DNA from: Eledone cirrhosa
Taxonomy: Eukaryota
Reading direction: 5' to 3'
Length of the DNA: 64,000 nucleotides
Assembly (NCBI GenBank): GCA_964016885.1
Contig: OZ024740.1
Location: forward strand, 198,462,001-198,526,000
A model generated the notes under the pieces. The model saw only the letters and a program-made list of their open reading frames with translations, made no database searches and had not been told where the DNA came from. A program made the position numbers and the translations under genes. Positions 13,341-27,529 of this stretch are shown piece by piece; the stretch's first letter is position 1, and each line of letters opens with the position of its first letter.

Positions 13341-13444
13341 GCAGATGATGTAGCGCTCATATATATAATATATAAATAAATTGTTTACATTCTCTCTCTC
13401 TCTTTCTTCTTCACCCGCTCTCTCTCTCTGTTTCACTCTCTCTA

Positions 13445-13491
<47 letters not shown>

Positions 13492-13519
13492 ATATATATA
13501 TATATATATATGTTATATT

Positions 13520-13556
<37 letters not shown>

Positions 13557-13593
13557 ATATTATGCATATATATATATATATATATATGTATAA

Positions 13594-13817
13594 TAAAACA
13601 AGGACGAATGGTTACTCCTTTATTACGTTTATTGCTTGGTGACGCGCGTTTCGCTATTGATCAGCTCAAGGTTCGATCTATATCGATCTAGCCCGACTCT
13701 GTAATAATTTTATTATACTACACTCTGTCTAGCTCTACACCTCGATACCGACGTGAACCTAGACAACGAGTGCCCACCCGGGTGAACCTACAGTAACTCC
13801 GCGTTACACAGCCTGGA
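13594..13817 (-). mobile_element. Short (TA)n-embedded pLTR-like relic with a degenerate hammerhead
   Basis: Minus strand CTGATCAATAGC-GAAACGCGCGTC-ACCAAG...AATAAA; bounded by (TA)n. Confidence 0.4.
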
Positions 13818-13918
13818 TATATATATATATACTGTATATATATATATATATATATATATACAGGTATATATATATATACATATATATGTATATATATATA
13901 TATATGTTTGTGTGTGTA

Positions 13919-14011
<93 letters not shown>

Positions 14012-14143
14012 AAGGAGGGCTATAAACGTTTCGACAAAAAATGATTTCTTAAATGAAAGTTAACATTTCAAAGAAAATAGAATTCTATTAATATCTTTAC
14101 ACGTTCAATAAGAACAATTCGTGTACATTTATAGCTACATTTC

Positions 14144-14172
14144 ACCCACGGCAATGCCGAGTATTCTTCTAA
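14144..14172 (+). mobile_element. Possible degenerate Helitron 3' terminus
   Basis: CCCACGGCAATGCCGAGTATTCTTCTAAT resembles the GC hairpin + CTAG-T Helitron end. Confidence 0.35.
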
Positions 14173-15169
14173 TTATATAGTTCTACACGGTCAATTGGCA
14201 TGGAATTCGGAAACAAAGGCCATATAGTGTGTCAGCATCCGGAAACCAGAAGTATATATATTTTATTACATCAACAACCTATTATCCGTAAACACGTGTT
14301 TAACTTGACGGATCTAATACTCGCCCAACTCATCAATATGGCTGAACAGATAAGTTGGGAGAGTCTTATATCCTCTTAGGGAAACACGTGTTTTCGGATA
14401 ATGTATTGTAATGCAATAACATATTTTATGTAATAAAACGCGTCCCCCCGGATTAAGTCCTTTTCCAACTCGATATATATATATATATAATATAGAATTA
14501 GAAATAGAAGCCAGGACTATCCATCATCAGTGGTCTACTAGCCATCATAGGTATTTCTTCGCATTACAGACTAGATACCTCAGGCTAGCGCGATACAATA
14601 ACTAAAATAAGTTATTGGTATAAAAAGAGTTGGGTGAAGAAAGAGAGACAGGTAAACAAACACTAGTGGCGAGGCAACGTAAAGAGAGGAAAAAATGGGA
14701 AAATCAAGTCAATGATTCATTTTGAACAGAAAAACTTGCGAATATTGACGAGAAGACCAATACATATCTTGGCCGCGCGAAAGTGAGCGAGGAAAGAATT
14801 TCGTACGGTGTGGGACGATGGAATGAGAGAGAGGGTGAGTAGCAGAGAGTGAGTGAGTGAAAGTGTGGGGAAGAGGCTAGCCGAGAGAGGGTGACTAGCA
14901 GAGGGGGTGAGTGAAAGTAAGAGAGAGAAGGAGAGTGAAGGGAGAGAGAGAGAGACAGAGGATAGCAGTAAGGGAAGAGAAAAAGACAGGTCACATATAC
15001 ATACATATATATATACATATATATATATATACATATATTAATATATATATACATACATATACATATATATATACATATATTAATATATATATATACATAC
15101 ATATATTATATACACACACACACCATCTTGTTTGTAGGACAGAACAAAGGAGAGACACAAAATAAGTAC

Positions 15170-15410
15170 CCTTTCACTGAGGAGGTCACAGAATGTATGA
15201 CGAAAGAGCTTTGACAATATATAAATAACCATGCTGTTGTCGAACCCACCAACCAACCAACCGGAAATTTACAATAAATTGAAATAAAAACTAACAGGTG
15301 CGTGTGCTTTTATTGGCAGCATGACCCCCCCCCCCTCCATCCACCCAACAATATCTTTTTCAACACACGTTTTCAGATAAGAAATCTTGCATAACAAATT
15401 GAAAAACGAA
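15170..15410 (+). mobile_element. Family A short element with a hammerhead fold at 15174-15215
   Basis: TCA-CTGAGGA-GGTCA...TGAC-GAAA-GAGC-TT-TGA; homologous to 9940-10186. Confidence 0.7.
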
Positions 15411-15480
15411 ATATATATATATTCACATACATACACACACATACACACACACATATATATATATATATACTTACATATAT

Positions 15481-15568
15481 GGAGTTGCGACCGATAGATA
15501 GTATTAGCAATTGGAAAGACGAACGGAAACATTGTTTCCTCGGCCCGATTTGACGAAAGGCGATCGAC
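15481..15568. repeat. Short dispersed repeat, inverted copy at 38968-39053
   Basis: GGAGTTGCGACCGATAGATAGTATTAGCAA...GATTTGACGAAAG is shared by both copies. Confidence 0.7.
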
Positions 15569-15619
15569 AAAAAAAAATACATATATATGCCCCCCCCCCC
15601 CATATATATATATGTGTGA

Positions 15620-15656
<37 letters not shown>

Positions 15657-15660
<4 letters not shown>

Positions 15661-16361
15661 TGTATGTATAGTATATTTGATAATATATTGTATGTTTATT
15701 TAAAAACACTTTCAAGACCATTCGCTATGAGTTTTAAAGAAGTGACTTTGTCTCGGCAAAATCAAAGGGAAGCAACCGACAGCTGTTTCTCGTTTGTTAA
15801 CGGTTATCAAGACTGCGTATCCCTCTGCTTCTGCCAAGATTTATCGAAGCTGGTTTCTTATAGAATTCCAGTAATAATCTGGAACTGATTATACAGAGCG
15901 ATTGCCGGTCCAGCAAAAATTAGAAATTAGTATCAGTGCTCTGAAATAGCGATGCATGTAATTAATGTATGTATAGTATATTTGATAATATACTGTATGT
16001 TTATTTAAAAACCGTTTGAAGACCATTCGCTATGAGTTTTAAAGAAGTGACTATGCCACTTACTTTGGCTTTTTGCCGTCACAAAGTAAGTAGTAGTCAC
16101 ATAGTCACTCTATGAGAATCCAGCTTCGATAAGTCTTGGCAGAAGCGGAGGGATAATCAATCTTGATAACCGTTAACAAGCGAGAAACAGCTGTCGGTTG
16201 CTTCCCTTTGATTTTGCCGAGACAAAGTAAGTGACAAAGTCACTTCTTTAAAACTCATAGCGAATGGTCTTCAAAATGTTTTTAAATAAACATACAGTAT
16301 ATTATCAAATATACTATACATACAGTCATACATACATCGCTATTTCAGAGCACTGATAATA

Positions 16362-16365
<4 letters not shown>
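15657..16365. mobile_element. Tandem-plus-inverted short element (family B) in (TA)n
   Basis: 15657-15750 recurs directly at 15965-16052 and inverted at ~16235-16325; 15750-15865 is inverted at 16110-16225; related copy at 55119-55610. Confidence 0.75.
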
Positions 16366-16400
<35 letters not shown>

Positions 16401-16841
16401 CATCTATAAATATAAGCCTGTATATTCTACTTTCTGTTAGTTTCCCTGCTGCACTTTATTTATATTTCATATAATTTCGCGGTTCGAAAAATGTGGTGAT
16501 CGATAAATATAATAACAAATGTTTACTGGGATTAATATAATCACTTAAATACTTTCAAGGCTGCCCCTGGAATTATCTCAGTCCAAGGATGCCAGTTATA
16601 TAAAATTAATATGCATAAAATGTATATGCACAAAAATGTTTTTATTATTTTTGACTGAGGATATATATATTACACGTGTAAAGCTGAAGAAAACTATGAT
16701 TGAGTCCATTACGTGTATCACATTCTGTGTCAGTTTTTGTGTGCCTCTGTGTGTGTGTATGTGTTTGTGTAAGTGTTGTTGTATCTATGTATGTATATAT
16801 GAATGCCTATGTATGTGTAATTACGTGTGTATATGTAAAGG

Positions 16842-16950
16842 GGTGTAGTTAATGGTGAAGGTGTCCAGTCCAGGATCCTACACTTATCAGTTCAATTCCT
16901 TGAGGCGCGGTGTCATTGAATTGTGCACTTTATTTCATGTTGTTCCACTC
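16842..16950 (+). mobile_element. Degenerate tRNA-SINE head and core
   Basis: A/B-box-like GGTGTAGTTAATGG...GTTCAATTCC followed by CACTTTATTTCATGTTG; similar relic at 17550-17670. Confidence 0.45.
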
Positions 16951-17251
16951 CGATATAATTCAAAACGCCAGCCCTGTCACTGATTGCATCATGTTGAATC
17001 TCCCTAATAACAGTATTTATGACACTCGTGTCTGTGGACCGCCGATCGATTCATGATTAGTCTGTTCCTATGATCGGAGAAATGGAAAAAAGTTTGTCGG
17101 AATCATCAGGGCTCCAACAACAGCAAATGTGTGTGAAACCTAGCCGTACATTGTGTTAACATCTCTACTAATACCAACGTGAACAACTACATCATTCATA
17201 ACAACGTGGATATTGAATACATTAATACACACAGACACACGCACACAGACA

Positions 17252-17381
<130 letters not shown>

Positions 17382-18449
17382 ATCTTTGTCGTTTCTATTG
17401 ATATAAGTGTAGAGCCTATATAAGTAGAACATCAATATGTCCCCATTCTACTCTTAATAAAGAAGAAATAAAACGAACATAAACCTCTCAGCTTGAATTT
17501 TGAGAATCTCTCCCACCCTCAAGTATTAAAGTACAACATTTGTCTTGGTGAGTTCTCGTGTCCTAGAGGTTAGAATATTAGGTTTGCATCAATGAGCTAG
17601 TGTGTTCGATGCCTGGACCGAGCGGTGGAGTTTGTCCTTGAGTAAGATACTTGATTTTACGTTGACTCAGGTGAAAAAATGAGCAGCAGCAACAGCAGCA
17701 GCAGCTAGTGTTAAACCTTCGACTGACTGGTGTCACAACCCTTTTTTTACTTTCTGTTACTTAACTCCTATGTTACTTAACTCCTATAAAAACCTGATAA
17801 GCTATGGGCTTTGTCAAACCCATGCAATCATACAAAAAAAAGAACTTAAAAACTTTTCTATAAATCTCAAGTAAAATCGAAACCAGGTTATGTATTATTT
17901 AACAGCATGCAGTTTGTTCATCAACAAACGGCATTTATGAATGTACAATTACGCTTATTTCTTAGATCGATACATATAAAATATTAGCAAACCAATCAAA
18001 CCACAATAAATACTTATTTACATTATTTATTGATCACAGTTTAATGGAAATCAAAGTAATTCCCGACCGGATTCGAATTTGCAACAGACCGGGACAAAAC
18101 TACACAGTTTATATATCCCGTCTCTCTGGTGACTTCCATATATCGATATAAAAGTTCGTATGAAAAAAGAAAGATTACAGTGAGGAATCGATATAAACTT
18201 CGCTAGAAGTATCGATTACTTTCTACAGGTCACGAGGTCAAATCTCAGTCTGTGATAGAAAGGTCTGGAGTTGACAATAATCGATCCCCCATTATATATT
18301 ACTTCCACCAATACAAGCTAAGGACAAGCCTGTAATCGCCTTCTCAAATTGCTACAAATAGCAGCTAAATATTTTCCATATCATATTCTTCGTTCTTAAA
18401 GAGAAATCCGCATTTCATCATATAATCACCCTCTCACTCTCTCTCTCTT

Positions 18450-18566
<117 letters not shown>

Positions 18567-18672
18567 TTCAAGGAAACAACAAAGAGAGGCACAAAAAGTC
18601 TTATTAATTTTACGCATTATATGGGAAAGGAGAAAGTTCGACACACACACACACGCACACACACACATATTA

Positions 18673-18734
<62 letters not shown>

Positions 18735-18736
<2 letters not shown>

Positions 18737-18943
18737 GATGTGAGGTTTCTTTTACAAAATGAAAAAAAAACGAGGTGCCCTACACGAGTGAAAGTATAAG
18801 GAAAACAGATGAAATCGAAAATGCAACTGGAGTTTTTTTTTTTTAAATATATTTATTTGGTTCCTTTACCGGTTTCGCAGTTCTTGTGCTTTTCAAAAGT
18901 AGAATTGAGATGGAGGGTTTGTGGTTTTTCTCGCATCTTTTTT

Positions 18944-18945
<2 letters not shown>
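18735..18945 (-). mobile_element. Family G short element, hammerhead-like fold at 18864-18899
   Basis: Homologous to 11648-11862 and keeps the TTGAAAA...GCGAAACCGGTA core. Confidence 0.7.
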
Positions 18946-18983
<38 letters not shown>

Positions 18984-19797
18984 TGTATAAGGTATTCCTA
19001 GCCTACAAAATACAAGACAATCACTGACAGAACGTGCAATCACGTTTAGTTAAACAAAAAGAAGGAAAACTATTTTATTCATTATTTATCCCAAATAGGT
19101 AATAAGTTTCAAAGTGATTACATTTCTTGAATATAGTTTCCAGATGTTCCCAACCTTTTCTCTACAAGTAACAGCTTTTATTTAAATGAGTTTTCCCACG
19201 GACACCCTCGCTACAGTCTCACCCATCCGATTTTTCAATGGAATGATAATAACAAGCGAAAGAGAAATGTTTATATTTAGAGAAGAATGGATTAAAAATA
19301 CCATGTGTATGTTATATCTATAATACTGTACTTGAAAACTTCAACTTAGATCAGACACCGGTCTGGAAATCGCTGATGTAGTTGAATAGAATCGCAAAAA
19401 AATAATTAACCGTGGTGTACTACAGCCAGCTAACAATAACACACTAAAAAAACAAAAAATGTTTTCCTCACATGATAGGCATAATGCTGAAAGTTTTGGG
19501 GAAAGATAAGTGGATTATATCGATACCAGAATTATAACTTTATTATATAGATCACTAAACTATGACTTTATTATATCGACCTTGAAATGATAAAAAACAA
19601 AGATTAACTGGACGGGATGTGAACCCAGAAAGTAAGCGCGGTAACTATAAACATCGAAAGTTATTTCGTTCGATTCTCTCTAATAATAAATAACAAAACA
19701 ACAAAAACAACAACAATAATAATAATAATAACGTAGATATTGATAACAATAATGTAAATTAGATTCATATATATATTGTTCATATATATATATATTG

Positions 19798-19833
<36 letters not shown>

Positions 19834-20791
19834 AATATATATATATGTATATGAAATATATATATACATTTATATATATATGTAATTATATATATATATA
19901 TATATAATTATATATATATACACATATACCTATATGTATGTATTTATATGATACACTAAACAATAAAAACAAATAAGAATAAAACAATAAAAAATAAAGA
20001 AAAGCAATGCAAAAATCGTAAACAAAAATAGAAAAAGTGAACAAAAGCAACCAAAACAACTAAAACAACACTAATAACAACATCAGCAATAACAACATTA
20101 ATAAAAACAAGACAGTACATGGAATCACGTATAAAAATGCTCACATGTGAAATATGCAAGTGCGGAGAGAGACATCTACCGGCTCTTTTCCTCTGTATTT
20201 TCGCGCCGTTCTGTAAACTAGTTGTATTTCAATCACACTATCTTGTATTATTCAACCATCGGATTCTACCTGCTGTCACACAGATTTATTATCCACCACG
20301 CTTCTTGTATCTCTCTCTTTCTTTCTCTATCGCTATCTCTTTCTATCCATTTCTCTCTCTTTCTCTCTATCTCGTTTTCTCACTTTCTGTTTCTATATAT
20401 TTATCCCTCTTTCTCTCTTTAACTATCTCTCTTTATCTCTCTATTTTTCACCTAATAGCTCTCTCACTCTTCCTTTCTTCCTATTTCCTGCACTCTTATA
20501 TTCCTCTCTCAGTCTCTCTCTCTCTTCCTCCCCTCTAGCTCTTGTCTTTAAATATCTATTTCTTCCTTTTCTCCTTTCATTCTTCCTTCACTTTCTTCGT
20601 TTATTATTTCTTCTAAATTTCCTTTCATTATTTCCATATTTTTCTCTCCTTCAACACTTCCGTCCTGTATTATCCCTTTTTGCGTTTCTTACTTTCTATC
20701 TCTCTTCTCACCCTTTATCCAGCCATGCATTCAATCTTTCTCTAGCCTCCAGCCTCCCACAAACAGTTCCAATATCAAAGTATATATATAT

Positions 20792-20830
<39 letters not shown>

Positions 20831-20851
20831 CCTACCTACCAACCAACAGAG

Positions 20852-20894
<43 letters not shown>

Positions 20895-20988
20895 CACATA
20901 CACACACATATATATACCTACCTACCAACCTACATATATACATACATACATACATACATACATACATACATACATACATACTTATATA

Positions 20989-21048
<60 letters not shown>

Positions 21049-21054
21049 TATATG

Positions 21055-21155
<101 letters not shown>

Positions 21156-21167
21156 ATATATGTATTG

Positions 21168-21233
21168 TATTTTGTCTGAGGAAGGCATACCATATTTTTA
21201 ATATGATATCCCTGAAATATATATAACGAAATA
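21168..21233 (+). ncRNA. Type I hammerhead ribozyme fold (family C element 21165-21362)
   Basis: TATTTTGT-CTGAGGA-[stem II AGG...CCT]-GAAA-TATATA-TA-ACGAAATA; 8-bp stem I. Confidence 0.75.
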
Positions 21234-21479
21234 AATATGGTTTTATAAATATAGTTTCCATTTGTTTAATATCGTAAACCTACTCCAGAAACTGTTGAGT
21301 GCTTTTATATCAGTTATAAAATATTTACTCGTTGTAACCCAACAATCTTAAATAAAACTTTTGCATATATATATATATATATATATATCTAATGAAAAAT
21401 TGAACAGGGACAGAACAGAGAGGTAGTACGATAAATGTTTATTAAATTCACGCTCAGGAGAGTGGGGGGTATATAAATA

Positions 21480-21524
<45 letters not shown>

Positions 21525-21979
21525 ATTTATATATATATACGCTCACCTACACATATGACTGGCCCACAAACAAAACCATACATTTTTACACATGGCCAAT
21601 ATTTGGAGCACTTTTCACCGTCACTGTAAACACAAATCTCTCACCCGTCTCTCCTTTCTTCGATCTCAAACGCGTAAACATTTCCTTCCTTTTCAAACTA
21701 TATAATGAACAGGATGATAATGAAGAAGTTGACGATAGTGATGATGATGGTTGGGTGATGGTGATGGTGGTGGGGATGATGATGGTGGGGTATGGGGGTG
21801 GTGATTATTATATTGTTAAGTGATTTTGCTGATTTTGGTGATGATACTGATAGTGGTTGTGGTGGTGGTGGTGGTTGTGACAATGGTGTTTTGATTATTG
21901 GTGGCGATGGTGTTAGTGGTGGAGGAAGTCATTGTGATAATAGTCATCATTGTTGTGCTGGTATGGTTAATGGTCATGG

Positions 21980-24900
21980 TTGTGGTGATGGTACTGGTCG
22001 TAGTGGTGATGGTATTGGTCGTGGTTGTCAGCGTAGAGGTCATGGTGGTGATGGTATTAGTCGCGGTGGTGATGGTATTAGTCGCGGTGGTGATGGTATT
22101 AGTCGTGGTGGTGATGGTACTGGTAGTGATGGTGATGGTACTGGTTGTGGTGTTGATTGTACTGGTTGTGGTGGTGATGGTACTGGTTGTGGTGGTGTTG
22201 GTATTAGTCGTGGTGTTGATGGTATTAGTCGTGGTGATGATGGTATTAGTCGTGGTGGTGATGGTATTAGTCGTGGTGGTGATGGTATTAGTCGTGGTGG
22301 TGATGGTACTGGTCGTGCTGGTGATGGTATTAGTCGTGGTGGTGATGGTACTGGTTGTGGTGATGATGGTATTAGTCGTGGTGGTGATGGTATTAGTCGT
22401 GGTGGTGATGGTACTGGTTGTGGTGGTGATGGTATTAGTCGTGGTGGTGATGGTACTGGTCGTGCTGGTGATGGTACTGGTCGTGGTGGTGATGGTATTA
22501 GTCGTGGTGGTGATGGTACTGGTTGTGGTGGTGATGGTATTAGTCGTGGTGGTGATGGTACTGGTCGTGGTGGTGATGGTATTAGTCGTGGTGGTGATGG
22601 TACTGGTTGTGGTGATGATGGTATTAGTCGTGGTGGTGATGGTATTAGTCGTGGTGGTGATGGTACTGGTTGTGGTGGTGATGGTATTAGTCGTGGTGGT
22701 GATGGTACTGGTCGTGCTGGTGATGGTACTGGTCGTGGTGGTGATGGTATTAGTCGTGGTGGTGATGGTACTGGTTGTGGTGGTGATGGTATTAGTCGTG
22801 GTGGTGATGGTACTGGTCGTGCTGGTGATGGTACTGGTCGTGGTGGTGATGGTATTAGTCGTGGTGGTGATGGTACTGGTTGTGGTGGTGATGGTATTAG
22901 TCGTGGTGGTGATGGTACTGGTCGTGGTGGTGATGGTATTAGTCGTGGTGGTGATGGTATTAGTCGTGGTGGTGATGGTACTGGTTGTGGTGGTGATGGT
23001 ATTGGTTGTGGTGGTGATGGTACTGGTCGTGCTGGTGATGGTACTGGTCGTGGTGGTGATGGTACTGGTCGTGGTGGTGATGGTATTATTCGCGGTGGTG
23101 ATGGTACTGGTTGTGGTGGTGATGGTACTGGTTGTGGTGGTGATGGTATTAGTCGTGGTGGTGATGGTATTAGTCGTGGTGGTGATGGTATTAGTCGTGG
23201 TGGTGATGGTACTGGTTGTGGTGGTGATGGTACTGGTTGTGATGGTGATGGTACTGGTTGTGGTGGTGATGGTATTAGTCGTGGTGGTAATGGTACTGGT
23301 TGTGGTGGTGATGGTATTATTCGCGGTGGTGATGGTACTGGTTGTGATGGTGATGGTACTGGTTGTGGTGGTGATGGTATTAGTCGTGGTGGTGATGGTA
23401 CTCGTGGTGGTGATGGTATTAGTCGTGGTGGTAATGGTACTGGTTGTGGTGGTGATGGTATTAGTCGTGGTGGTGATGGTACTGGTCGTGGTGGTCATGG
23501 TACTGGTTGTGGTGGTGATGGTACTGGTTGTGGTGGTGATGGTATTAGTCGTGGTGGTGATGGTATTAGTCGTGGTGGTGATGGTACTGGTTGTGGTGGT
23601 GATGGTACTGGTCGTGGTGGTGATGGTATTAGTCGTGGTGGTGATGGTATTGGTTGTGGTGGTGATGGTATTGGTTGTGGTGGTGATGGTACTGGTCGTG
23701 GTGGTGATGGTATTGGTTGTGGTGGTGATGGTACTGGTTGTTGTGGTGATGGTACTGGTTGTGGTGGTGATGGTATTAGTCGTGGTGGTGATGGTACTGG
23801 TTGTGGTGGTGATGGTACTGGTCGTGGTGGTGATGGTACTGGTTGTGGTGGTGATGGTATTAGTCGTGGTGGTGATGGTACTGGTCGTGGTGGTGATGGT
23901 ACTGGTCGTGGTGGTGATGGTACTGGTCGTGGTGGTGATGGTACTGGTTGTGGTGGTGATGGTATTAGTCGTGGTGGTGATGGTACTGGTTGTGGTGGTG
24001 ATGGTACTGGTTGTGGTGGTGATGGTATTAGTCATGGTGGTGATGGTATTGGTTGTGGTGGTGATGGTATTAGTCGTGGTGGTGATGGTACTGGTTGTGG
24101 TGGTGATGGTACTGGTTGTGGTGGTGATGGTATTAGTCGTGGTGGTGATGGTACTGGTAGTGATGGTGATGGTACTCGTGGTGGTGATGGTATTAGTCGT
24201 GGTGGTGATGGTACTGGTCGTGGTGGTGTTGGTATTAGTCGTGGTGGTGATGGTATTGGTTGTGGTGGTGATGGTACTGGTCGTGGTGGTGATGGTACTG
24301 GTTGTGGTGGTGATGGTATTATTCGCGGTGGTGATGGTACTGGTTGTGGTGGTGATGGTACTGGTCGTGGTGGTGTTGGTATTAGTCGTGGTGGTGATGG
24401 TACTGGTCGTGGTGGTGATGGTACTGGTCGTGGTGGTGATGGTATTAGTCGTGGTGGTGATGGTATTGGTTGTGGTGGTGATGGTACTGGTTGTGGTGGT
24501 GATGGTACTGGTCGTGGTGGTGATGGTACTGGTCGTGGTGGTGATGGTACTGGTCGTGGTGGTGATGGTACTGGTCGTGGTGGTGATGGTACTGGTCGTG
24601 GTGGTGATGGTACTGGTCGTGGTGGTGATGGTACTGGTCGTGGTGGTGATGGTATTAGTCGTGGTGGTGATGGTATTGGTTGTGGTGGTGATGGTACTGG
24701 TTGTGGTGGTGATGGTATTAGTCGTGGTGGTGATGGTACTGGTTGTGGTGGTGATGGTACTGGTTGTGGTGGTGATGGTACTGGTTGTGGTGGTGATGGT
24801 ATTAGTCGTGGTGGTGATGGTACTGGTTGTGGTGGTGATGGTACTGGTTGTGGTGGTGATGGTACTGGTCGTGGTGGTGATGGTATTGGTTGTGGTGGTG

Positions 24901-26290
24901 ATGGTACTGGTCGTGGTGGTGATGGTACTGGTCGTGGTGGTGATGGTACTGGTCGTGGTGGTGATGGTACTGGTCGTGGTGGTGATGGTACTGGTCGTGG
25001 TGGTGATGGTACTGGTCGTGGTGGTGATGGTATTAGTCGTGGTGGTGATGGTATTGGTTGTGGTGGTGATGGTACTGGTTGTGGTGGTGATGGTATTAGT
25101 CGTGGTGGTGATGGTACTGGTTGTGGTGGTGATGGTACTGGTTGTGGTGGTGATGGTACTGGTTGTGGTGGTGATGGTATTAGTCGTGGTGGTGATGGTA
25201 CTGGTTGTGGTGGTGATGGTACTGGTTGTGGTGGTGATGGTACTGGTCGTGGTGGTGATGGTATTGGTTGTGGTGGTGATGGTACTGGTTGTGGTGGTGA
25301 TGGTATTAGTCGTGGTGGTGATAGTACTGGTTGTGGTGGTGATGGTACTGGTTGTAGTGGTGATGGTATTAGTCGTGGTGGTGATGGTACTGGTTGTGGT
25401 GGTGATGGTACTGGTTGTGGTGGTGATGGTATTAGTCGTGGTGGTGATGGTATTGGTTGTGGTGGTGTTGGTATTAGTCGTGGTGGTGATGGTACTGGTC
25501 GTGGTGGTGATGGTACTGGTTGTGGTGGTGATGGTATTAGTCGTGGTGGTGATGGTATTAGTCGTGGTGGTGATGGTACTGGTTGTGGTGGTGATGGTAT
25601 TATTCGCGGTGGTGATGGTATTAGTCGTGGTGGTGATGGTACTGGTTGTGGTGGTGATGGTATTAGTCGTGGTTGTCAGCGTAGAGGTCATGGTGGTGAT
25701 GGTATTAGTCGCGGTGGTGTTGGTATTAGTCGCGGTGGTGATGGTATTAGTCGTGGTGGTGATGGTACTGGTTGTGGTGGTGATGGTATTAGTCGTGGTG
25801 GTGATGGTATTGGTTGTGGTGGTGATGGTATTAGTCGTGGTAGTGATGGTACTGGTTGTGGTGGTGATGGTACTGGTTGTGGTGGTGATGGTATTGGTTG
25901 TGGTGGTGATGGTACTGGTTGTGGTGGTGATGGTACTGGTTGTGGTGGTGATGGTATTACTCGTGGTGGTGATGGTACTGGTTGTGATGGTGATGGTACT
26001 AGTTGTGGTGGTGATGGTACTGGTTGTGGTGGTGATGGTATTAGTCGTGGTGGTGATGGTACTGGTTGTGGTGGTGATGGTACTGGTTGTGGTGGTGATG
26101 GTATTAGTCGTGGTGGTGATGGTACTAGTTGTGGTGGTGATGGTATTAGTCGTGGTGGTGATGGTATTGGTTGTGGTGGTGTTGGTATTAGTCGTGGTGG
26201 TGATGGTACTGGTTGTGGTGGTGATGGTATTAGTCGTGGTGGTGATGGTACTGGTTGTGGTGGTGATAGAACTGGTCATGGTATGGTAGT
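21980..26290. repeat. ~4.3 kb minisatellite, 21-bp unit GGTGGTGATGGTA(C/T)T(G/A)GT(T/C)GT, roughly 200 units
   Basis: Directly visible; produces the three >1400-aa low-complexity ORFs in the track. Confidence 0.95.
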
Positions 26291-26663
26291 ACTGGTCGTG
26301 GTGGTAATGGCTTTAATGGGTGTTATAATGGTGTTTTTGCTGATGGCGATAGTAATCGTGGTTATAGAGGAGTCTATATTAATCCAACACAACACGCTTT
26401 TCACCATGTCTCTAACTTTATCCATCTTCCTCATGAAGTAGTTCTATAATAGAACTACCCTTCGTTTCACAAATACATAATAATTATTTTTACTTTTGGC
26501 ACAAGGCCAGCAATTAACCATTGCATTAATGGTACTTAATTTTATCTAGAGATATATGCGAACATATTTAAGTAAGAGTGTGTGTGAGTGTTTGTCCTTG
26601 AATAGTAACACACACAAAACATAGTTATACACATGTATATATATATATCTTATATATATAGTT

Positions 26664-26728
<65 letters not shown>

Positions 26729-26803
26729 AATATATATATGTATATATATAATTACAAGTATGTACACTAAGAGTGGGAAATGAAATTTCGTTTCATTTTT
26801 TCC

Positions 26804-26902
<99 letters not shown>

Positions 26903-27253
26903 CTTGTATGAATGAATATATACATTCATATATGTGTATGTGTTTGTATGCAAAACAAGTTATATTTAACCAGACTCCGTACCAACATAAATAACTCAAT
27001 GACGTAAAGAAGTTTATGTATTAAACATGTGAATGTATAGGAATACAAGTCCCAACAATTTTCTATCAAAAGTACTATTGTATAACTGCTACAATCAAGT
27101 ATTTTTGAAATATATATATATTTCTATCTCTAAACACATATACACACACACACACATACCTATATTAGAGAGTCGGGGCGCGATTCGCTAATATATTTAC
27201 CCAACTATCCCAAGTATAGAGTATTCTTACTACTTTAAAACTGGTAAAGTCGT

Positions 27254-27453
<200 letters not shown>

Positions 27454-27529
27454 TTATCTATCTATCTATCTATCTATCCATATATATATATATATATAAT
27501 ATCTATCTATCTATCTATCTATTTATCTA

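Noticed and set aside
21980-26290. CRISPR array or telomeric repeat
   Set aside because: No unique spacers, eukaryotic context, and the unit is not TTAGGG.
21792-26441. 1549-aa Gly-rich and 1463-aa Val-rich ORFs as real genes
   Set aside because: The 21-bp unit has no stop in three frames, so long ORFs arise automatically; there is no flanking domain or exon evidence.
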